NCBI GenBank assembly: GCA_028722305.1
Contig: JAQYHB010000019.1
Location: 21,421 to 85,420 of the forward strand
Direction: 5' to 3'
DNA from: Spirochaetales bacterium
Lineage (GTDB): Bacteria; Spirochaetota; Spirochaetia; Sphaerochaetales; Sphaerochaetaceae
DNA: 64,000 nucleotides
The translations under genes were made by a program, and so were the position numbers. Positions 35,193 to 43,764 of this stretch are shown here, piece after piece (position 1 is the stretch's first letter; each line of letters begins with the position of its first letter). The notes under the pieces were generated by a model. That model was not told the origin of the DNA and searched no databases. It was given only the letters and a program-made list of their open reading frames with translations.

Positions 35193-35686
35193 TGCATCGC
35201 CTCAAACTGCCTGACCAGCGCTTCCTGTGTCTGTTGTCCGTAGATGGGGCCCTCGAGAACTTCCCCATTGGCGTCCACCCAGAACGCCGCGGGGATGCCG
35301 GAAAGGGAGTCGAGGAGCGACGAGGAAAGCGTGGACGACGGGGCGATGGTAAGGACACGCAGGCCGGCCGTCTCCATGATCTGCTCCACCACTTTCCGCT
35401 GGCGGGCATTGACGTTTCCACGCCCGTCCGCAAGGTCGGTGCAGATGCCGATGACCTGCACGGTGGGGTATTTGCCGGCAACTTCTGCCAAATCAGGCAT
35501 TTCCGCACGACAATAACCGCACCAGGTGGCCCACACGAAGAGCAGAGTGCGCTCCTTGCGAGCCAGTTGGCTGCTGGAAACAGGCATGCCGCTCAGAGCG
35601 GTCCCGGAAAAGACCGAGCGGATATTTGCCGCAAAAAGACACGACGAGAGAAGCAACAAGGAAACCAAAAGGGATACACGTTTCAT
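35189..35686 (-). CDS. TlpA/redoxin-family thiol:disulfide oxidoreductase, lipoprotein
   Basis: Lipobox-like signal MKRVSLLVSLLLLSSC. Thioredoxin active site WATWCGYCRAEMP. Confidence 0.85.
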   Translation of the reverse strand: MKRVSLLVSLLLLSSCLFAANIRSVFSGTALSGMPVSSSQLARKERTLLFVWATWCGYCRAEMPDLAEVAGKYPTVQVIGICTDLADGRGNVNARQRKVVEQIMETAGLRVLTIAPSSTLSSSLLDSLSGIPAAFWVDANGEVLEGPIYGQQTQEALVRQFEAMQ

Positions 35687-35719
35687 AGAGCAAAGTGTAG
35701 CAGGCGATCGAGGCATACG

Positions 35720-35743
35720 AAAAGGGGAATTTGCACTCCCCCC
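35720..35743 (-). terminator. Rho-independent terminator of the 67-aa ORF
   Basis: The minus strand reads GGGGAGTGCAAATTCCCCTTTT, 10 nt after the stop at 35752. Confidence 0.6.
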
Positions 35744-35751
35744 CTTCCCCA

Positions 35752-35955
35752 TCACCCCATGAAATAGAGATGCATCAGGTTTTCCCAGGTCGTAACCGTC
35801 GGATACCGGCGCACCATCGCCTGGTAGTCCTCGGGGCATTTGTCCTGGAAAACCGCCCACTTCTCCTTCAGTTTGCCAGCATCCATGCGGTGCGGCGTAT
35901 AGATTCCGTGCCGTCGGCAGGCCTGCTCGAAATCCGTGCGGAAATTAGCCTCCAT
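35752..35955 (-). CDS. hypothetical 67-aa protein
   Basis: ATG 35955 lies 6 nt after AAGGAGG. It has its own AT-rich promoter region and terminator. Product MEANFRTDFEQACRRHGIYTPHRMDAGKLKEKWAVFQDKCPEDYQAMVRRYP... Confidence 0.5.
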   Translation of the reverse strand: MEANFRTDFEQACRRHGIYTPHRMDAGKLKEKWAVFQDKCPEDYQAMVRRYPTVTTWENLMHLYFMG

Positions 35956-36029
35956 GGTTGCCTCCTTTCTTGGCAATGATATCGTATTTGAGCTGTAAAA
36001 GTCAATATAACATACGGTATTATAAACAG

Positions 36030-36045
36030 TTATCAATATTGACAA
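36030..36045. promoter_or_regulatory. near-perfect 16-bp palindrome in the promoter region of the 67-aa ORF
   Basis: TTATCAATATTGACAA, one mismatch from perfect dyad symmetry. On the minus strand it overlaps a TTGTCA-N15-TATAAT promoter-like arrangement. Confidence 0.3.
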
Positions 36046-36078
36046 ACTATTCCGGGAAGCCGGCATACTAGGCTGAAC

Positions 36079-37185
36079 TCACCAGATGAGAGCTCCTTGG
36101 GCGATCTGCTTGAAGTACTCCAGCGTCGCCTTGAAACCGGTCCTCAGGCTGGAGAGCTTGACCGTCTCACCACGGGTATGGGAGCCTTCTCCTTCGTAGA
36201 TGCCTAGGCAGACCGAAGGGATGCCGACGGAAAGCGGCACGTTGCAATCGTTGGAGCCGGCGCAGCGCACCGGGTATCCGCCGTTGTGGCGGATCACCCG
36301 CTCTGCCAAGGCTACCAGTTGCTGCTGCCGCGCGTTTTCCAGTTTTCCGGTCGGACGGCTGCCAATCGGCTCCACCGTGAAGCGCAAGCCTTGTTCGGCG
36401 CACTCGGCTATCAGGTTTTCCAACTGCTGGCGCATCACCGCCATCGACTCCTTGCTGGTCGCCCGATACTCATAGGTGATCGAGCATTCGCCGGGAATCG
36501 AGTTGACCGTCGTGCCTCCCTTGATCGTCCCGACATTGCAGGTGGTATATTCGTCGGGTGTCGTCTGTCTGGCAAGCTGGACGACCAGCGTCGCCATGTC
36601 GACGATGGCGTTTCTCGCCCCGTAGTCCCGATAGGAATGGCCTCCGGCGGTCCTGCAGGTGATCAAAAAGCGCTCGCTGCCGACAGCAGTGTCCACAATC
36701 TGCCCCCAATGGGCGTCAAAGCTGGTGAAGGAATGGAGCCTTCCCTGGTAGGTGGCCACTAGGCGTTTGGAACCCTTCAAGTTCCCCAGCCCTTCCTCGC
36801 AGGAATTGGCGGCGAAGACCATCGGCCTTTGGGGGACGATCCCGCTCTCGCGCAGCTCCCTGAGCGCCAGAAGCATCAGAGCCAGGCTCGCCGTGTCGTC
36901 ACCGCAGCCAGGACCTGTCAGGGTGTCCCCGCTGACGGCCATAGGAAGCGAGTCCATATCGTTAAAGACCACGTCGGTGTGGGCGCAGAACAGGTCTACC
37001 GGTCCCGGGAGCTCGGGGTGGTAGGTATAGATCACGTTCTTCGCGTCATCGACACAGACGCCTTCGCAACCGATGTGCTCGAGCCACGCCTTGATGAAGG
37101 CGGCCCGCCGGTCCTCTTGCCCTGACGGCGCGGGAATCGAGGCAAGCCGCACGAGCAGTGTTTCTGCTTCTTGCTGGGTATACAT
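36079..37185 (-). CDS. M20-family metallopeptidase / deacylase
   Basis: LASIPAPSGQE, CAHTDVV, GPGCGDDTAS and NSCEEGLGNLKG match the M20 metal-ligand and catalytic motif order. Confidence 0.85.
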   Translation of the reverse strand: MYTQQEAETLLVRLASIPAPSGQEDRRAAFIKAWLEHIGCEGVCVDDAKNVIYTYHPELPGPVDLFCAHTDVVFNDMDSLPMAVSGDTLTGPGCGDDTASLALMLLALRELRESGIVPQRPMVFAANSCEEGLGNLKGSKRLVATYQGRLHSFTSFDAHWGQIVDTAVGSERFLITCRTAGGHSYRDYGARNAIVDMATLVVQLARQTTPDEYTTCNVGTIKGGTTVNSIPGECSITYEYRATSKESMAVMRQQLENLIAECAEQGLRFTVEPIGSRPTGKLENARQQQLVALAERVIRHNGGYPVRCAGSNDCNVPLSVGIPSVCLGIYEGEGSHTRGETVKLSSLRTGFKATLEYFKQIAQGALIW

Positions 37186-37255
37186 GGAGCAAAGTATACC
37201 ACACTATTGTCGAATCCGGCGGAAACAAAGAGAATGGAAATCCAGGAGAAGCAAC

Positions 37256-38875
37256 ATGGAACGCACTTGGTGGAAGGAAGACGTGGTCTATCAGATCTGG
37301 CCCCGGTCGTTCAACGATTCGAACGGGGACGGCATCGGAGACCTGAATGGCATCATCCAGAAGCTCGACTATCTGAAGGAGCTGGGTATCAGCGTCATCT
37401 GGCTCAATCCAATCTACCAGAGCCCGATGGACGACATGGGCTATGACATCAGCGATTACCGGAAGATCTGGCCTGGATTCGGCACCATGGAGGACTTCGA
37501 CCAGTTGCTCAGGGAAGTCCACAGGCGCGGTATGCGCCTGATCATGGACCTGGTGGTCAACCACACCAGCGACGAGCACCCTTGGTTCCAGGAGAGCAAG
37601 ACCAGCCGTACCAACGGCAAGGCCGACTGGTATATCTGGCGTGACGAGCCCAACAACTGGGGCTCGTACTTCGGTGGCAGCGCCTGGACGTACGTGAAAG
37701 AGCGCAGCCAATACTACCTGCACACCTTCAGCCGGAAGCAACCGGAGCTGAACTGGGAGTGCGAGGCGGTGCGCGAGGCGGTCTGGGAGATGATGCGATT
37801 CTGGGGCGACAAGGGAATCGACGGCTTCCGCATGGATGTGGTCAACGGACTTTCCAAGGATACTTCCTTCCCTGACGGGAAGCCCTGGTCGACCGGTTTC
37901 GGGGACCCCACCCCCTATGTGAAGAATGGTCCGAAAATCCATGACTATCTGAGGGAGATGAACCAAGAGGTACTCTCCAGATATGATTGGCTCACCGTCG
38001 GAGAAGGAAGCGGCAACACCCCCGAAGAGGGTCTGCTGTACGTCGGCAGAGACCGCCACGAATTGGACGAGTGCTTCATCTTCACCACGATGGAGGCGCT
38101 CAAGCCAAGCCCTGCCAACGGCTATCGGATCGAGCCGGTGGACCTCGCCGCCTTCAAGCAGGAACGGGCCAGATGGATGACCGGACTGGAACGTGGCGGC
38201 TGGAGCAGCTGCTATCTGGAAAACCACGACCTGGTGCGCAGCGTCTCCCGCTTCGGCAAGGACGACCCACTTGCCGCGAAAATGCTGGCGACCGTGGTCC
38301 TGTTCGAGGAGGGCACCCCCTACATCTACATGGGAGAGGAACTCGGCATGACCAACTACCCATTCACCGACAAAGCGCAATTCCGTGACCTGCAGGGCAA
38401 AAGCGACTGGGACAACATGGAACGGCTGGGGTTCTCCAAAGACCAGATCCTCAAGGTGCTCCAGCTCCAAGGCCGGGACAACGGAAGGACGCCGATGCAG
38501 TGGACAAGTGGCGCGGAAGCAGGTTTCACAACGGGGAAAAGCTGGATCGGGGTCAATCCGAACAAACAGACCATCAACGTCAAGTCCGAAGAGAAAGATC
38601 CTGACAGTGTCCTCGCTTTCTACAAACAGGCAATCAGAATCAGGAGACAGCACCTCGCAGCCCAGTATGGCTCTTTCTCTTTGGTCGACAAGGACAACGG
38701 ACAGGTCTACGCCTGGACGCGGAGCGTGGATGGAGAAACCCTGTTTGTCGCATGCAACTTCACCGACCAGATGCAACCGTTTCCGATTCCCGAGGGAAAG
38801 AAGGTTCTTGGAAACTACGATGGCATCCTGAAAGGCCAGCTCCGTCCCTATGAAGCGGTGGTTGTCTCATGCTGA
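37256..38875 (+). CDS. GH13 alpha-glucosidase / oligo-1,6-glucosidase
   Basis: WWKEDVVYQIWPRSF, DLVVNHTSDEHPWF, GFRMDVVN, TVGE and YLENHDL conserved regions. Start at ATG 37256. Confidence 0.92.
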   Translation: MERTWWKEDVVYQIWPRSFNDSNGDGIGDLNGIIQKLDYLKELGISVIWLNPIYQSPMDDMGYDISDYRKIWPGFGTMEDFDQLLREVHRRGMRLIMDLVVNHTSDEHPWFQESKTSRTNGKADWYIWRDEPNNWGSYFGGSAWTYVKERSQYYLHTFSRKQPELNWECEAVREAVWEMMRFWGDKGIDGFRMDVVNGLSKDTSFPDGKPWSTGFGDPTPYVKNGPKIHDYLREMNQEVLSRYDWLTVGEGSGNTPEEGLLYVGRDRHELDECFIFTTMEALKPSPANGYRIEPVDLAAFKQERARWMTGLERGGWSSCYLENHDLVRSVSRFGKDDPLAAKMLATVVLFEEGTPYIYMGEELGMTNYPFTDKAQFRDLQGKSDWDNMERLGFSKDQILKVLQLQGRDNGRTPMQWTSGAEAGFTTGKSWIGVNPNKQTINVKSEEKDPDSVLAFYKQAIRIRRQHLAAQYGSFSLVDKDNGQVYAWTRSVDGETLFVACNFTDQMQPFPIPEGKKVLGNYDGILKGQLRPYEAVVVSC

Positions 38876-39465
38876 GGATGCTCATCAGCGATATCGGTGA
38901 CGTCCTGCTCGTCTGGCAGGGCGTCATGCGGGATTTCTGCAGGGCGCACCAGATTGACAAGCAGGCTTTCTCCGAGTGGTACCGTCATGACTACAGCGAG
39001 CGCCTGTACAAAGGGGAAATCGTCATACGGGATTTCTGGGATGCGGTCGAGAGGCGGTGGCATGTCCAGACCAAAGGCGACCCTTTCAGCGACGCGTTCC
39101 AAGGCCGGACGATTGCCGCGGTCAAAAGCCTGTACCTCGAGCTCAAGCGAAAGGGCATCCGGCTGGTCAGCGCCAGCAACACCTACCGTGAGGATTGGGA
39201 GGCCGACTGGAGAAGCGGGGATATGGGAATCTTCGACGCGCACTACCCCTCCCACCTTTTGGGCCTCTGCAAGCCCCATGTGGAGTACTTCCAGACGATT
39301 CTCGAGCGGGAACATGCCAAAGCCGAAGATTGCCTCTTCATCGACGACCGGCTTGAAAACATTGAGGGCGCACGGAAAGCCGGCATCCCCGCATATCGGT
39401 ATACGTATGCGGAAGACCCGCATGCAAAGAACCTCAAATCGTACATCGCCCAGCTTCAAACGTAA
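38869..39465 (+). CDS. HAD-superfamily hydrolase (subfamily IA type)
   Basis: N-terminal ISDIGDVLL (DxG/DxD-like motif I), SASNT (motif II), and K...FIDDRLENIEGARKAG (motifs III/IV). 7-nt overlap with the GH13 gene. Confidence 0.85.
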   Translation: MLRMLISDIGDVLLVWQGVMRDFCRAHQIDKQAFSEWYRHDYSERLYKGEIVIRDFWDAVERRWHVQTKGDPFSDAFQGRTIAAVKSLYLELKRKGIRLVSASNTYREDWEADWRSGDMGIFDAHYPSHLLGLCKPHVEYFQTILEREHAKAEDCLFIDDRLENIEGARKAGIPAYRYTYAEDPHAKNLKSYIAQLQT

Positions 39466-39507
39466 AAAAACGGATTAGCAGATAATTGTGGCGTATAATG
39501 CCTTCCT

Positions 39508-39536
39508 GGGAAAAGGATGGACGATATCCTTTTCCC
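39508..39536 (+). terminator. hairpin downstream of the HAD gene
   Basis: Perfect 11-bp stem GGGAAAAGGAT/ATCCTTTTCCC with a 7-nt loop. No clear T-tract follows. Confidence 0.4.
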
Positions 39537-39559
39537 GTTGAGAATTATCAAGAATTGGG

Positions 39560-40200
39560 ATTCTCTATGACCAAAATGGCAGAGGCAAAGCGAATTTCAG
39601 TCTTGCTATGGTAGACATCGTCAGTCACCTCCCAAACCATTTCAACGCACCAGCCACTTGGCCCAACTTTGCATATGGCGTCAAACGATGGTCTCGTCAG
39701 ATTCTGTTACTGTTTCCGGTTTGGCAACCACCAGGCAATCTACCAATATGACAAATCTGCAAATCACCTATTGGGAGAAGAACGTCTGTCCATGGATGGG
39801 GACATGGCATTTTCTTGTATTGAGGGAAATTTCTTCAGCGACACGACCGTTCTTCCCATGGCAAAGGTAATATAGAAACGTTGCAATCCAATGCAAGCAA
39901 CGTCTCTACCGTGAACTTCTGGTGAGCCATCTATCCGTTATCGGAAGACCACCCAATCCCTCGTTTGTCTTCATCGACGAATTCGATGCTTTCTACCATT
40001 TCGAACGATCCTACGAAGTGTGCAAGCGGCTCTTCGTCCTACACCCACAGATGTTCTTGCCAAGCCGCAACACCTACGTCATGACCAACGATTTGTTGAG
40101 ACCGGACTGCAATTTTGTACTCCGACAGAATACGATACAACCTCTGTGCGATTTGACCGATACAGACTTGCGCTATCGAGGTGGAACGTTTGGGTTATGA
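39560..40200 (+). pseudogene. decayed AAA-type ATPase (AAA_21/abortive-infection-like), frame-broken, Walker A region missing
   Basis: Middle fragment FRFGNHQAIYQYDKSANHLLGEERL (39669-39875). C-terminal fragment FVFIDEFDAFYHFE...NTYVMTNDLLRPDCNFVLRQN (39922-40200) in another frame. AT-rich. Confidence 0.45.
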
Positions 40201-40555
40201 TTCTCTTTGTGTTTGAGGGAAGAAACGGAAACCCATGCCTTACAAGACCTTGAAAAAACTTTTCTTCTCTCAAGGTTCGGAGGAGCGTGTAACGTATTCC
40301 TTCGGTAACAACATGTATAATCTTTACAAACGAGTGAAAGAACCATTAGGAGAAGATTTGGTGTCAGTGCTACGGGAAACAGACCTTTATGAAACGCATC
40401 ACGAGTTCCAACTTTTGATTGTATGCAAGTATTATGGCGTCATGGGATACCCCACAACGCATCCTGGAATATGTTTTCGTTATTCTTAACCATCGTTCCG
40501 AAGCTAATCCCATAAGGGAATTTATACCCCGGCCGGTCTCACTTAAAATTATAGA

Positions 40556-41563
40556 TCATGTATTCATTTTTACTATCGTCTTCCCTCTGGATTTTCCTTG
40601 TCTGACCTTTGCCAGAGCTTCGTTGATCTGATCCAACGTAAAGACAGTATCAATGGACGTCTCCAAGGGATGATCTTTGCCAAACAGCCTGCTTATCTCA
40701 TCCAGTTGCTTCCCATCCTCATGCACGAAAAGGAAATCATAGGTCTGCCCTTTTGCTTTTGCCATCCTGTCGTACCTGCTTCCAGCCACTTGAAAAAGGA
40801 CACGCTTGAAGAATGGCATGCCGCTTCTCTTCGCAAATCTTCCATTCGGCAGTCCTCTCAGGGATACCAGATTCCCACCCGCTTTCAGCACCTTGAATTC
40901 ACCCGGGAGTTCTCTGTCGCCAAGTGTGTCAAGGACATGATCTACATTTGAGAGAACATTTGCATAGTTTTCTTTTTTATAATCGATGAATTTCTCTGCT
41001 CCAAGCTTTAATACGCGCGCTTCGTTTTCTCCGCTTCCATTGGTGTACACATGCAGTCCAAGGCTTCGGGCAACAGGAATCGCCATTGCGCCGAGGCTTC
41101 CGGTTCCTCCGGAGATAAACACAGACTCGCCGGGTTTCACCTGCATGATCTCAAAGGCCTGCATCGCTGTAAGCGCTGTGAGCGGAACGCTTGCGGCTTC
41201 TTCATAGGACAGATAATACGGAATTTGTGCAAGCGCGGACTCTCTGACTGCCGCATATTCTGCAAATGCGCCGATTTTAGCAAGCGGCATTCTCCCGTAG
41301 ACCCTGTCCCCGGGTTTGAAACGGGAAACTCCTTTCCCGGTCTTTTCTACTGCACCGGCAAACTCATTTCCCATTACAAGCGGCACTTTATACGGCACAA
41401 TCAACTTCACCTCACCACGGATGATCATGTTATCCAAGGGGTTGACAGCTGCCGCAATGATTCTGACGAGCACTTCATCATCTTCCGGGACCGGAACAGG
41501 TACCTCTCGGATTTCAAGGTCCGTACCATTTTTATGGTAACGAGAAAGTATTGCTGCTTTCAT
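40556..41563 (-). CDS. MDR-family NAD(P)H-dependent oxidoreductase (zinc-type ADH/quinone oxidoreductase fold)
   Basis: 335 aa; GESVFISGGTGSLGAMAIPVARSLG cofactor motif. About 40% GC in sampled lines, against about 60% in flanking genes. Confidence 0.9.
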   Translation of the reverse strand: MKAAILSRYHKNGTDLEIREVPVPVPEDDEVLVRIIAAAVNPLDNMIIRGEVKLIVPYKVPLVMGNEFAGAVEKTGKGVSRFKPGDRVYGRMPLAKIGAFAEYAAVRESALAQIPYYLSYEEAASVPLTALTAMQAFEIMQVKPGESVFISGGTGSLGAMAIPVARSLGLHVYTNGSGENEARVLKLGAEKFIDYKKENYANVLSNVDHVLDTLGDRELPGEFKVLKAGGNLVSLRGLPNGRFAKRSGMPFFKRVLFQVAGSRYDRMAKAKGQTYDFLFVHEDGKQLDEISRLFGKDHPLETSIDTVFTLDQINEALAKVRQGKSRGKTIVKMNT

Positions 41564-42069
41564 TATTTTCCTCCTGTTTCTTCGTTTATTTCTGAGATAT
41601 CTTCTGTCATCTTATTGTCCGGAGTGACATTGCTTGCCGTCTCAATATTTTTTGTAATGTACTGACGCATACGCTCGATGCAGTCCGCAAGGGTCAACCC
41701 CTGCAGTCTTTTTTCCACGCTTTCTTCCATATCATGGAACATGCTGCATAAAACCGGGCGGATATTATGCCCGACAATACAGGCATCATTCGGGTTCTGG
41801 TGTATGTCAAACAGATGCAAAGCATCTGTCTCCATAACCGCCCTGTACAGAGAAAGGAGCGTGATATCTTCCGGTTCTTTCGTCATACGGAAACCACTGA
41901 TGCCCCGATGTCCCTCGATGATCCCGACCTTGCTGAGCCGGGTCGTCAGTTTCCGAATATAGCTCGCGTTGGTCCCGACACTGGCTGCAATCTGATCAGA
42001 GTTCATTGGTGTCTCAGATTCAGAGATCAGAATCAGCATATGAATAGCCGAAGAAAACTTAGTGTCCAT
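41563..42069 (-). CDS. Rrf2-family transcriptional regulator
   Basis: MDTKFSSAIHMLILI...SDQIAASVGTNASYIRKLTTRLSKVGII is an Rrf2 winged-HTH N-terminus. 1-nt overlap with the oxidoreductase start. Confidence 0.9.
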   Translation of the reverse strand: MDTKFSSAIHMLILISESETPMNSDQIAASVGTNASYIRKLTTRLSKVGIIEGHRGISGFRMTKEPEDITLLSLYRAVMETDALHLFDIHQNPNDACIVGHNIRPVLCSMFHDMEESVEKRLQGLTLADCIERMRQYITKNIETASNVTPDNKMTEDISEINEETGGK

Positions 42070-42071
42070 GA

Positions 42072-42884
42072 TTACGGTTCCAGCACATAAGTGGCTATAT
42101 ACTCTGTATCTTCTGCTGTCACAATGCCGGGATCAGACTGGATGATTCTGCACTTTAACCCGCTTTCTTCGGCAGTGATTTCGAAATGGCAGAGCGCAAT
42201 TCCCATATCTATCTTCTGGATATCCCCTGTCTGGTCCTTGTCGTATCCCTTTGTTTTCTTTTCATAAAAATGAACGCTTTTCTTCTCCACAACGGCTCTC
42301 CATGGCTGCTTATTCGTCGCCGACGGAGCCAGACGGACCATTGCAAGAGGAAGCTTCCATATCCCGGCATCTGCCTCGAACAGCGGCGTCTTGAAATCAC
42401 CCTGGAAAAAGAGCTCTTCAAACGGTACACGGCTGTCTGCCTTTAAGCCCTTTCGCATCATTGTTTCACGAATAGAGCGCTTTTCTGCCGCATACCCGAG
42501 AGGCGTTACCGCAGGCATCACCTCATCATCCGACAAATGAAGCGCCTTTTCAAAGGCCTTGCGGTCAATGGTTGCCGCAAGCCAGACCGTCCCAAGCCCA
42601 AGAGAAGTCGCATAAAGGATAAACTTCTCAAAGGCATAGCCGAAGGAAACCTCCGCATTCTTCTGTTTCCTGAATCTACCGGCCACATAGGTATCGGCCC
42701 CCAGAATCACCGGACTGCCTACCCCGTCTTTTCTCGTGTCAAGGATTGTAAAGGTAATGGGTACACCGAAAAGGCCGGTGTCCTCCTGCAGAAAATTCTT
42801 CACCAGATTCATAGTCTGTTCTGGAATCTTCTTCTTCGCAAAGGTCCTTACACTTTTTCGAAGTCCAATCACTTCTGTATACAT
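42072..42884 (-). CDS. nitroreductase-family protein
   Basis: RKSVRTF near the N-terminus and APSATNKQPWR, typical of FMN nitroreductase folds. First gene of the low-GC three-gene operon. Confidence 0.85.
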   Translation of the reverse strand: MYTEVIGLRKSVRTFAKKKIPEQTMNLVKNFLQEDTGLFGVPITFTILDTRKDGVGSPVILGADTYVAGRFRKQKNAEVSFGYAFEKFILYATSLGLGTVWLAATIDRKAFEKALHLSDDEVMPAVTPLGYAAEKRSIRETMMRKGLKADSRVPFEELFFQGDFKTPLFEADAGIWKLPLAMVRLAPSATNKQPWRAVVEKKSVHFYEKKTKGYDKDQTGDIQKIDMGIALCHFEITAEESGLKCRIIQSDPGIVTAEDTEYIATYVLEP

Positions 42885-42910
42885 CTTGTACCTCGAATAA
42901 ATATGTATTA

Positions 42911-42927
42911 GTATCTGTTACAGATAC
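42911..42927. promoter_or_regulatory. perfect 17-bp palindrome, candidate Rrf2 operator
   Basis: GTATCTGT-T-ACAGATAC, 27-43 nt upstream of the nitroreductase ATG in an AT-rich promoter region. Confidence 0.5.
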
Positions 42928-42953
42928 ATTAACAAGTATAAATTATTTTGTCA

Positions 42954-43480
42954 CTAGGAAACACTGAATTCCTCATACCGGAACTTGCCATGATTTCTGC
43001 TATGGAAACGATTTCCATATGCATATCCATCGCATGTCCAATGAATTTTTTGCCTTCTCAACCTTAAACGGATTTCTGACGGAATGCTGTTTTTCAGCCC
43101 TTCAAAATAGTTTTTCTCTGTTTCCTCCGTATCCGTCACCATCAGATAGTAGCCAAGTACAGGGTTTCTCGTGGCGAACCGGTCATTTCTGTCCCAGCGT
43201 TTCCCTGCGCGTCGCTCACTGCTTTTCCTTGCCATCCCTCCACCCCCTTTCATCATAACCAACGGTTTGAGGGCGGGAATGCCACCACAACTCCCAACCA
43301 GGTAATTCTTCGCGATGGCTTCGTTCCGGCGGGTCTTCTTCCCTTCCTCATCCTTGTAATCAGCAACAGAGTACAAGGTGGAAACGCCATCCCGGTTCTT
43401 GTCCGTAATCCAAAGTTCATCTCTTCGCAACGATTCATTTGAAAACTGCCACTGATGTTGATTTCCGGCGTCAGGAAAGA
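42954..43480 (-). pseudogene. RloB-like gene fragments (C-terminal end of one copy followed by a truncated N-terminal fragment)
   Basis: From ATG 43235: MARKSSERRAGK...VLGYYLMVTDTEETEKNYFEGLKNSIP resembles RloB N-termini (iLIvcEGekTE.nYF), then degenerates. The upstream part (FSNESL..ELW...AIAKNYL) resembles an RloB C-terminus. Confidence 0.4.
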
Positions 43481-43688
43481 CAGGATGGTATTCCTCACCA
43501 GAAGAGGATGCAGACGATGCTTGTGAGGGAGGAGGCAAAAGCCGAGGAATGCCTCTTCACCGACGACCGGACTGAAAGTGTTGAGGGTGCATGGGAAGGT
43601 GGTATCCAGACCTATTCACTATACGTATCCGGAAGACCAACATGCGGAGCAACGCAACTCCAACATTTTCAGTTCCAAACAAAAACGG
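43480..43688 (+). pseudogene. diverged duplicate of the HAD hydrolase 3' end
   Basis: 43511-43688 aligns colinearly with 39292-39474, at roughly 70-75% identity by eye. Translation QTMLVREEAKAEECLFTDDRTESVEGAWEGG compares with QTILEREHAKAEDCLFIDDRLENIEGARKAG. No N-terminal two-thirds is present. Confidence 0.65.
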
Positions 43689-43764
43689 AACAGGAGCCGC
43701 AAAATTGCCCGAAATAAGCTATGGACAAGAGTTTCCAGCTTTGGTATAGTCAGTCATGTTTCCT

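Noticed and set aside
37046-38776. 576-aa ORF antisense to the GH13 alpha-glucosidase gene
   Set aside because: Shadow ORF. The sense strand carries all four or five GH13 conserved regions.
39475-43510. Search for an integrase, transposase or inverted terminal repeats defining the low-GC island as an intact mobile element
   Set aside because: No ORF or fragment with tyrosine/serine recombinase or DDE motifs was recognised, and no terminal inverted repeats were seen. The island is therefore described only as a bracketed remnant.
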